Positions 9,356-16,443 of a stretch of 35,996 bases of DNA are shown in pieces (position 1 is the stretch's first letter; the number at the start of each line of letters is the position of its first letter). The stretch is from an uncultured bacterium. GTDB lineage: Bacteria > Chloroflexota > Limnocylindria > Limnocylindrales > Limnocylindraceae. Location of the stretch: contig CAWULR010000003.1 of the NCBI GenBank assembly GCA_963923845.1, positions 1 to 35,996 of the forward strand, read 5' to 3'. Both the position numbers and the translations under genes were made by a program. The notes under the pieces were generated by a model. It searched no databases. It was not told the origin of the DNA and worked only from the letters and a program-made list of their open reading frames with translations.

Positions 9356-9455
9356 GTTGCGTACCCCCTTGTTGCTACCGTTCTTCTGCGACGCCGACGA
9401 TCGGCCCCGCCTTCACCAGCCGCCGGCAACGCCGACGGCGAGCATCAAACAGCCG

Positions 9456-10115
9456 CTACTCGTGCGGCGACGCCGTCCTGCGCTCGACCGCTGCAAGCCC
9501 GGCGCGGATGAATCTGATCCGCTGCACGACGGTGATCGCAGAGGCCACGGAGATGATGAGGAGTGCGACCGTGAGCCACGTTGCGCTCGCGAGTCCGCCG
9601 AGGAGCAGCCCGACGATCAACACGGCGGCACGCTCGGCGCGTTGCGCGATGCCGATGTTGGCGCAGACGCCGAGCCCTTCGCCGCGCGCGCGGACGTAAC
9701 TCACCAAGGTGCCAGTACCGAGCGCAAGCGTCGCAAGACCGATCACTTCGGTTCTGCCGTTCACCGCGGCTCCCGCAGCGATGCCGGCGTAGATGACAAC
9801 CTCCCCGGCGCGATCCATCGTCGAGTCGAGGAACGCTCCGAAGCTGCTCGTCTTTCCCGTGGCGCGCGCCAGCGTGCCGTCGAGACCGTCGAAGAGCGTG
9901 CCGAAGATCAGGATCAGTGCGGTGAGTATCCACTGGCCCGCGACGGCGGCAGACGCGGCGACGAGAACGATGCCGAATCCCGCGACGGTCAGTGCGTCGG
10001 GCGTGAAGCCGAGCCTGCCGAGGGCGAGCGCGATCGGTTCGCCGATCCGCTTGATGCGCGCACGCTCGTCCCCGGTGAAGAGACTCCCCTCGGTCGCTCG
10101 ACTCGCCATCGTCAC
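9456..10115 (-). CDS. pgsA: CDP-alcohol phosphatidyltransferase, phosphatidylinositol-phosphate synthase type
   Basis: FDGLDGTLARATGKTSSFGAFLDSTMDR signature; TPDALT, VSYVRARGEGLG and RAER as in PIP synthases. Adjacent to ino1. Confidence 0.88.
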   Translation of the reverse strand: MTMASRATEGSLFTGDERARIKRIGEPIALALGRLGFTPDALTVAGFGIVLVAASAAVAGQWILTALILIFGTLFDGLDGTLARATGKTSSFGAFLDSTMDRAGEVVIYAGIAAGAAVNGRTEVIGLATLALGTGTLVSYVRARGEGLGVCANIGIAQRAERAAVLIVGLLLGGLASATWLTVALLIISVASAITVVQRIRFIRAGLAAVERRTASPHE

Positions 10116-10528
10116 TCCTGCTCGGCGCGCACGGCGTCGACCAGCGGCTGTGCGTTCAGGAGGGCAACCTGGGGCGCGACCCAGGCGGCAGGGTGGGCAA
10201 CGCCGAGCGCCGACAGCATCAGGGCGTGTCCCTCGGCGATCGTCTCGGTGCGCAGCGTGCAGATCGACTCGCGACCCGAGCGCTCGCTGGTGACGAGCCC
10301 GGCGCTGCGAAGCCGGCGCAGGTGCCAGCTGACCAGCGGCTGCGAGAGGCCGGTCGACTCGATCAGTTCGGAGACGGTCGCCGGGCCCTGCGCGAGACGG
10401 CGGACGAGGTCCAGGCGATTCGTGTCACCCAGCGCGCGGTGCACGCGACGCGCCGCCTCGATGACATCGCGTTCGCCGGCGAGTCGATGCGCCGCGGCAG
10501 GGAGCGCCGCCGCACTCTTGGTGGTCAC
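10112..10528 (-). CDS. ArsR/SmtB-family transcriptional regulator
   Basis: ALGDTNRLDLVRRLAQGPATVSEL....LSQPLVSWHLRRLRSAGLV winged helix-turn-helix. Confidence 0.9.
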   Translation of the reverse strand: MTTKSAAALPAAAHRLAGERDVIEAARRVHRALGDTNRLDLVRRLAQGPATVSELIESTGLSQPLVSWHLRRLRSAGLVTSERSGRESICTLRTETIAEGHALMLSALGVAHPAAWVAPQVALLNAQPLVDAVRAEQE

Positions 10529-10553
10529 CGAGCGGCCTCGTGGGTGGAGACGT

Positions 10554-10589
10554 TCATATAGCGGAAGTTTATATGAGTTCTGCTTGATG
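10554..10589. promoter_or_regulatory. ArsR-type operator and promoter region
   Basis: Perfect inverted repeat TCATATA-N9-TATATGA (10554-10576) overlapped by a second imperfect box ATATGA-N7-TTGATG. A minus-strand TAAACT -10 candidate lies inside it. Confidence 0.65.
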
Positions 10590-10648
10590 CGACGTCTGGC
10601 GTGCCGAGGCGGCGGCGCGCCCCCCGAGTCGAGCGTGGATTGTTACAG

Positions 10649-12094
10649 CTAGCCTGCGATCGCCTTCGTCACCGCCTCGATCAAGCTCCCGGGCAGGAGG
10701 CCGAGGGCGAGCGTCCCGACTGCGGCGATGAAGAGCCCCGCCCGCAACAACGGTGCGGTCGCCACCTGAACGTCGGCAGCGCCTGGGTCGCGCATGAAGA
10801 GGTAGACGATGACGCGCAGGTAGTAGAAGGCGGCAACGGCGGCGTTGAGCACGGCGACGATCGCAAGCACGCTTGCGATCCCGCCCGCCTGGACCGCGCT
10901 GAGGATCACATACGCCTTGGCGAAGAAGCCGGCCGTCGGCGGGATTCCGGTGAGGCTCAGCAGGAAGAGTGCGGCGAGCAGCGCCGTCAGCGGATGCTTG
11001 CGGCCGAGACCGGCGAGGTCGGCGAGCTGCACGGTGGCGCCGGGTCGGCCCTGTACCGACGTGAGGAAGGCAAAGGCGCCGATGTTCATCAACGCGTACG
11101 CGGCGGAGTAGAAGAGCACGCCCGAGACGCCGGCGGATTCGCCAGCACCCGCTGCGACGACGCCGACCATGAGATACCCGGTGTGGGCGATCGAAGAGTA
11201 GGCGAGCATGCGCTTGACGTTCGACTGCGTCAGCGCGACGAGGTTTCCGAGCGTCATCGTCGCCGTTGCGAGGACGGCGACGACCGGAATCCATGTCCCG
11301 GCGAGCGGAGCGAGCGCGATCAGGAAGGTCTTGATCATCAAGACGAACGCGCCGATCTTCGGGCCGACAGAGAGGTAGCCGGTGATCGGCGTCGGCGAAC
11401 CCTGGTACGCATCGGGTGTCCAGTAGTGGAAGGGCACCGCCGCGATCTTGAACGCGACGCCCGTCGTCATCAGCGCAAGCCCCATCGCGATCGCCGGCTT
11501 GATCCCGGTGCCGCCTGCGGCAAGTGCCGATGCGACGCCCGCGAGCGACGCGGTTCCCGTCGCGCCCCAGAGCAACACGATCCCGAAGAGCAGGATCGCG
11601 CTCGAAAAGCTTCCGAGCAGGAAGTACTTGACGGCACCCTCGGTGCTCAACGGATCGCGCTTCGCGTATCCGGCGAGGAGGTATCCCGGAATCACCATCA
11701 ACTCGAGTCCGATGAAGAGCGTCACGAGATCGCCCGACGCACCGACCATGATCGCGCCGCAGAGGGCGAAGAGGAGCGTTGCGGCAAACTCGGCGCTCGG
11801 GTATCGCCGCGCTGCAAGGTGATCTGGCGAAACCAGCAGCGTGAGCGCGACCACGGCCGAACCGAGGAGGCCGAGATACGCGACGAACGGTCCGCCGATG
11901 TATGCGCCGCTGAGTGCCGTCTCCACCGTGTCGCCCTGCTGCAGCAGGATCCAACAGGTCGAGCCGAGGCCCGCGAGCGCAACGGCGATCGGCGCATAGC
12001 GGCGGCTCGGAGTCAGGGCATCGCTCAGCAGCACCGCGACCGCGGTGAGCCCGACGACGACGAGCGGTGCGATCGTGATCAGGTCGCCGCTCAT
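10649..12094 (-). CDS. nuoN: NADH-quinone oxidoreductase subunit N
   Basis: LFIGLEL, EGAVKYFLLG, FKIAAVPFHYWTPDAYQG, KRMLAYSSIAHTGY. Confidence 0.97.
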   Translation of the reverse strand: MSGDLITIAPLVVVGLTAVAVLLSDALTPSRRYAPIAVALAGLGSTCWILLQQGDTVETALSGAYIGGPFVAYLGLLGSAVVALTLLVSPDHLAARRYPSAEFAATLLFALCGAIMVGASGDLVTLFIGLELMVIPGYLLAGYAKRDPLSTEGAVKYFLLGSFSSAILLFGIVLLWGATGTASLAGVASALAAGGTGIKPAIAMGLALMTTGVAFKIAAVPFHYWTPDAYQGSPTPITGYLSVGPKIGAFVLMIKTFLIALAPLAGTWIPVVAVLATATMTLGNLVALTQSNVKRMLAYSSIAHTGYLMVGVVAAGAGESAGVSGVLFYSAAYALMNIGAFAFLTSVQGRPGATVQLADLAGLGRKHPLTALLAALFLLSLTGIPPTAGFFAKAYVILSAVQAGGIASVLAIVAVLNAAVAAFYYLRVIVYLFMRDPGAADVQVATAPLLRAGLFIAAVGTLALGLLPGSLIEAVTKAIAG

Positions 12095-13623
12095 CGGATG
12101 GCTCCTCCCGAGGCAAACATGAGGAACTGGGCCACGCTCGCGGCTACGGCGTTGGTGAGCAGCGACGGGAGGATCCCGAAGGCCACGATCATCGCGGCAA
12201 GCGGGGCAAGCGTGGCGATCTCGATCGCGGTGATGTCGGTGAGATGCGTGCCGAGGCCCTTCAGGAAGGGCGAAAGCGGTCCCATGAAGATGCGCTGGTA
12301 CATCCAGAGCAGGTAGACCGCAGCGAGGACCATCACCAGCGTCGCCGCCCCGGCCACCACCGGATTGGCGAGGAAGGCGCCGAGCAGCACGAGGAACTCC
12401 CCGACGAAGCCCGAGAGGCCGGGAAGCCCGACCGAGGCGAAGAGGAAGAAGCCGAAGAGCGCGGCATAGACGGGCGTGCGCGACGCCCAGCCGCCCATCT
12501 TCGCGATCTCACGGTCGTGCGTCCGTTCGTAGCCGATCCCGACCAAGAGGAAGAGTCCGCTCGTGATCAGGCCGTGGTTGAGCATCTGGAGGATCGCTCC
12601 GTCGACTCCCTGCTGGTTGAAGGAGAAGATGCCGAGCGTGACGAAGCCCATGTGGCTGACCGAGCTGTAGGCGATCAGCTTCTTCAAGTCGGTCTGCACG
12701 ATCGCCACGATCGCCCCGTAGATGATGGCGATCACCGAGAGCGCGATGAGAAGCGGGGCGAAGTCGTGCGCCGCCTGCGGGTAGAGCGGGATCGCGAAGC
12801 GGATAAACCCGTAGCCGCCGAGCTTCAACAGCACCCCGGCGAGGATCACGGAGCCCGCGGTCGGCGCCTGCACGTGCGCGTCGGGGAGCCAGGTGTGGAA
12901 CGGGAACATCGGCACCTTGATCGCAAAGGCGAGCGCGAACGCGGCGAAGGCAACGGCCTGGAGCGTCGGGTCGGCGACGGTGCCGCGCAGGGTCAAGAGA
13001 TCGAAGGCCCCGTCCCATGAGCCGGTGGCGACCTGGTGGCTGAACGCCGTCGCAAGGATCGCCACGAGCATGAGCAGCGATCCGACCAGCGTGTAGAGGA
13101 CGAACTTGATCGTGGCGTAGATGCGCTCGGCGCCGCCCCAGATGCCGATGATCAGGTACATCGGAACCAAGACGATCTCCCAGAAGATGTAGAAGAGGAA
13201 GAGGTCGAGCGAGAGGAAGACGCCGAGCATCCCGGTCTCCAAGATGAGGAAGCTGATGTAGTACTCCTTCACGCGGTTCTGGATCGGTCCGAAGCTTGCG
13301 AGGATGCAGATCCAGCTGAGCAGCGTCGTGAGGACGACCAACGCACCGGAGAGTCCGTCGACGCCGAGGTGGTAGGTGATGCCGAAGCTTGGGATCCAGG
13401 AGAGTTGTTCGCTGTACGCGAACTCGGACGAGAAGGTGCGGATCCCCGGAAGCATCAGCAGGCTGAGGACGAAGGTTGCAAACGAGACGAGGAGCGCCGC
13501 GCCGCGGATCAGCGCCGGTCGCGAAGACGGCACGACGCCGAGAAGCAGCGCGCCGGCGAACGGCAAGAGCGTGATGAGCGAGAGGATCGGCAGGCCCGCC
13601 ACCAGCTGCGTCACGTCGCTCAC
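12091..13623 (-). CDS. nuoM: NADH-quinone oxidoreductase subunit M
   Basis: LFLFYIFWE, AIKVPMFPFHTWLPDAHVQAPT, LLKLGGYG, KKLIAYSSVSHMG. GTG at 13623 is coupled to the nuoL stop. Confidence 0.97.
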   Translation of the reverse strand: MSDVTQLVAGLPILSLITLLPFAGALLLGVVPSSRPALIRGAALLVSFATFVLSLLMLPGIRTFSSEFAYSEQLSWIPSFGITYHLGVDGLSGALVVLTTLLSWICILASFGPIQNRVKEYYISFLILETGMLGVFLSLDLFLFYIFWEIVLVPMYLIIGIWGGAERIYATIKFVLYTLVGSLLMLVAILATAFSHQVATGSWDGAFDLLTLRGTVADPTLQAVAFAAFALAFAIKVPMFPFHTWLPDAHVQAPTAGSVILAGVLLKLGGYGFIRFAIPLYPQAAHDFAPLLIALSVIAIIYGAIVAIVQTDLKKLIAYSSVSHMGFVTLGIFSFNQQGVDGAILQMLNHGLITSGLFLLVGIGYERTHDREIAKMGGWASRTPVYAALFGFFLFASVGLPGLSGFVGEFLVLLGAFLANPVVAGAATLVMVLAAVYLLWMYQRIFMGPLSPFLKGLGTHLTDITAIEIATLAPLAAMIVAFGILPSLLTNAVAASVAQFLMFASGGAIR

Positions 13624-15554
13624 GCTCCGATCACCAGGTAGGCGATCGCCATCACGGCGAGGCCGACGGCGATGCCGAACGCGTAGTTCTGCACGCGTCC
13701 GGTCTGGATCTGGCGCAGGCCGCGCCCGCCGCTCGACGCAAGGGCACCGACGCCGTTGACGGCGCCGTCCACGACGCGACGATCGAACCACCAGGCGGCG
13801 TTGGCGACACGCGAACCGAGGCGAACGAAGATCAGGTCGTTCAGGTCGTCGAAGAACCAGCGATTGCGGCTTCCCGTATAGAGCGGCTGGAGGCGCGCGG
13901 TGATCGCGCGGATGCGATCGCCGTTGTCGCTGCGGAAGAGGCGAACGCCGACCACCGTGCCGATCGACGCCACCGTGACGCTCGCGAGCATCAACAGGCC
14001 GTCGATGCCGAAGAGCGTCCACGCTTCGTGTTCGTGCTCGAGGAGGACATTCGCCGTATGGAAGATCGGCTCGAGCCCGTGAACCAAGATGCCGTCGGCG
14101 AAGGGGAGGCCGAGCAGCGCGCCGATACCGACCGACGGGACCGCCAACAGCAGCAGCGGCAGCGTCATCGTCCAGGGCGATTCGTGCACGTGGACGCTCT
14201 CGCTGACGCGGCTGGTCCCCCAGAAGGTGAGGCCCATCAGGCGGAACATGTAGAAGGCGGTCGCGCCGGCGACCACCATCCCGACCAGCCAGACCCAGAC
14301 GTAGCCGAACTTGAACGCCTCGCCGAGGATCTCGTCCTTGGACCAGAAGCCCGCGAGCGGCGGAAGCCCTGCGATCGCGATCGTGCCGATGAGCATCGTG
14401 GCGTAGGTGATGGGAATCTTCTTGGCGAGACCGCCCATCTTCGGCATCTCCTGTTCGCCTTCGACCGCGTGGATGACGGAACCCGATCCGAGGAAGAGCA
14501 GGCCCTTGAAGAAGCCGTGCGTGATCAGGTGGAAGATCGCCGGCACCCACGCACCGACGCCGAGTGCGGCGAACATGTAGCCGAGCTGCGAGAGCGTCGA
14601 GAAGGCGAGGACGCGCTTGATGTCGGTCTGCGTGAACGCGATCGATGCGGCGAAGATCGCCGTGAAGATGCCGATCGCGGCGACGACGAGCATCGCCTCG
14701 TGGCTCGCAGCGAAGAGCGGGCTCATCCTCGCGACGAGATACACGCCGGCGTTGACCATGGTCGCAGCGTGGATGAGCGCGGAGACCGGCGTCGGTCCCT
14801 CCATTGCGTCGGGGAGCCAAACGTGGAGCGGGAACTGCGCCGACTTGCCGACCGCGCCGCAGAAGACGAGGAGGGCGATGAGGGTGGCGGCCGGCCCGGC
14901 GAGCTGCCCAGCGGCCACGCCCTCCAGGATCGTCTGGATGTCCAAGGTGCCGAAGACGGCGACGAGGCCCATCAGGCCGAGGGCGAAGCCGACATCGCCG
15001 ACGCGATTGGTGACGAAGGCCTTCTTCGCCGCAAGGCCCGGCTCGCGCTTCGTGTACCAGAATCCGATCAAGAGATACGAGGAGAGCCCGACGAGCTCCC
15101 ATGCCGCGAAGACGACGAGGAGGTTGCTGGCGAGCACGAGGAGGAGCATCGAGAACATGAAGAGGTTGAGGTAGGCGAAGAATCGCCAGTATCCGGGATC
15201 GTGGCTCATGTAGCCGACGCTGTAGAGGTGCACGAGTGCGCCGACGGTGGTGACGACCAGCAAGAGCGCGCCGGTGAGCGCATCGACGTGGATCCCGATG
15301 TCGAAGCTGAGGCTTCCGGACGCCACCCAGGTGAAGAGCGACGTTGTCGCGCCGTGCTCTCCGAAGTCTCCGAGGAGCGCCGGGATCGCCACGCTCATCG
15401 CGATCCCCCATGTGGCGAAGATCGCGGCGAGTGGAACGAGGTGTGCGGCGCCACCGAGCCGGCGACCGATCGCAGCCGTGAAGGCGAAGCCCACCAGCGG
15501 CAGGATCAACAGGAGCGGCGCGTACCCTGGGAGCAGCAGCTCGTCCACGCTCAC
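13620..15554 (-). CDS. nuoL: NADH-quinone oxidoreductase subunit L
   Basis: WELVGLSSYLLIGFW, KAFVTNRVGD, GKSAQFPLHVWLPDAMEGPTPVSALIHAATMV, C-terminal QTGRVQNY. GTG at 15554 is coupled to the nuoK stop. Confidence 0.97.
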   Translation of the reverse strand: MSVDELLLPGYAPLLLILPLVGFAFTAAIGRRLGGAAHLVPLAAIFATWGIAMSVAIPALLGDFGEHGATTSLFTWVASGSLSFDIGIHVDALTGALLLVVTTVGALVHLYSVGYMSHDPGYWRFFAYLNLFMFSMLLLVLASNLLVVFAAWELVGLSSYLLIGFWYTKREPGLAAKKAFVTNRVGDVGFALGLMGLVAVFGTLDIQTILEGVAAGQLAGPAATLIALLVFCGAVGKSAQFPLHVWLPDAMEGPTPVSALIHAATMVNAGVYLVARMSPLFAASHEAMLVVAAIGIFTAIFAASIAFTQTDIKRVLAFSTLSQLGYMFAALGVGAWVPAIFHLITHGFFKGLLFLGSGSVIHAVEGEQEMPKMGGLAKKIPITYATMLIGTIAIAGLPPLAGFWSKDEILGEAFKFGYVWVWLVGMVVAGATAFYMFRLMGLTFWGTSRVSESVHVHESPWTMTLPLLLLAVPSVGIGALLGLPFADGILVHGLEPIFHTANVLLEHEHEAWTLFGIDGLLMLASVTVASIGTVVGVRLFRSDNGDRIRAITARLQPLYTGSRNRWFFDDLNDLIFVRLGSRVANAAWWFDRRVVDGAVNGVGALASSGGRGLRQIQTGRVQNYAFGIAVGLAVMAIAYLVIGA

Positions 15555-15871
15555 TGCCTCATCGTGTCGTACTCGTCGACCAGCGGTGTCTTCCTGTTTC
15601 TGTAGATGGCGATGACGATGGCGAGCCCGACCGTCGCCTCGGCGGCAGCGACGGCGACGATGAGCAGGGCGAAGGCGATCCCCTCGCCGGCGAGTGCCGG
15701 AATGAACGCGCCGAACGCGACGGCCGAGAGGTTCACCGCGTTCAGCATCAGCTCGATGCTCATCAGCATGCTGATCGCATTGCGGCGGGCCAGGAAGCCG
15801 AAGGCGCCGATGGAGAAGAGCAGCCCGGCCAGGACCAGGTACGGCTCCAGGTGACCGGCGATCTGGCTCAC
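15551..15871 (-). CDS. nuoK: NADH-quinone oxidoreductase subunit K
   Basis: RRNAISMLMSIELMLNAVNL and AAAEATVGLAI. Confidence 0.97.
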   Translation of the reverse strand: MSQIAGHLEPYLVLAGLLFSIGAFGFLARRNAISMLMSIELMLNAVNLSAVAFGAFIPALAGEGIAFALLIVAVAAAEATVGLAIVIAIYRNRKTPLVDEYDTMRQ

Positions 15872-16440
15872 CCCGCCTCCTCGTCCCCGTCGAGGCTGGG
15901 CTGGTCCGCGCGGCGAGCAGAGGCAAGGTAGATCCCGCCGATCACGGCGGCGAGGATGAGGACGCTGACCACCTCGAAGGCGAGAAGGTACGGGCCGAAG
16001 AGCTCGGCGGCGGCACCGGTCGTCCCCTGCGCTGCGGGCGTGTCATCGAACGTCGTCGACGACCAGTCGTTGGCGCCGAGCGTGATCGCGAAGATGATCG
16101 AGAGCAGCGCCGCGATCGCAGCCGCCGGGAGCGCCTGCGTCTGGAAGGTGAGCCTCGTCGGTGCCGCCTTCGACTGCGTCAGCATGATCGCGAAGAGGAT
16201 CAGCACGCTGATCGCTCCGATGTAGACGAGCACCTGGGCGCCCGCGAGGATCGCCGCGCCGAGCATCACGTAGATCCCCGCCAACGCGCCGAGCGCGAGG
16301 ATCAGCATCAGGCCGTTGCGGATGATGTCGCGGCCGAGCACCACGCCGAGCGCCGCAGCCACCGTGACGCCGCCGAGCGCGACGAAGAGTGCGTCCGCCC
16401 ACGTGATGCCGATGAACGGGAGCGTGTCGGGCAGCGGCAT
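15868..16440 (-). CDS. nuoJ: NADH-quinone oxidoreductase subunit J
   Basis: AQVLVYIGAISVLILFAIML and YLLAFEVVSVLILAAVIG. Confidence 0.95.
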   Translation of the reverse strand: MPLPDTLPFIGITWADALFVALGGVTVAAALGVVLGRDIIRNGLMLILALGALAGIYVMLGAAILAGAQVLVYIGAISVLILFAIMLTQSKAAPTRLTFQTQALPAAAIAALLSIIFAITLGANDWSSTTFDDTPAAQGTTGAAAELFGPYLLAFEVVSVLILAAVIGGIYLASARRADQPSLDGDEEAG

Positions 16441-16443
16441 GGA

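Noticed and set aside
12091-15411. Apparent 1106-aa NuoM, 768-aa NuoL, 884-aa NuoH and 719-aa NuoF in the ORF track
   Set aside because: The N-terminal extensions are off-frame read-through over the upstream genes. True starts are the GTG/ATG codons overlapping the upstream stops.
10649-15554. Possible '2M' complex I with a duplicated nuoM
   Set aside because: Only one each of nuoL, nuoM and nuoN is present.
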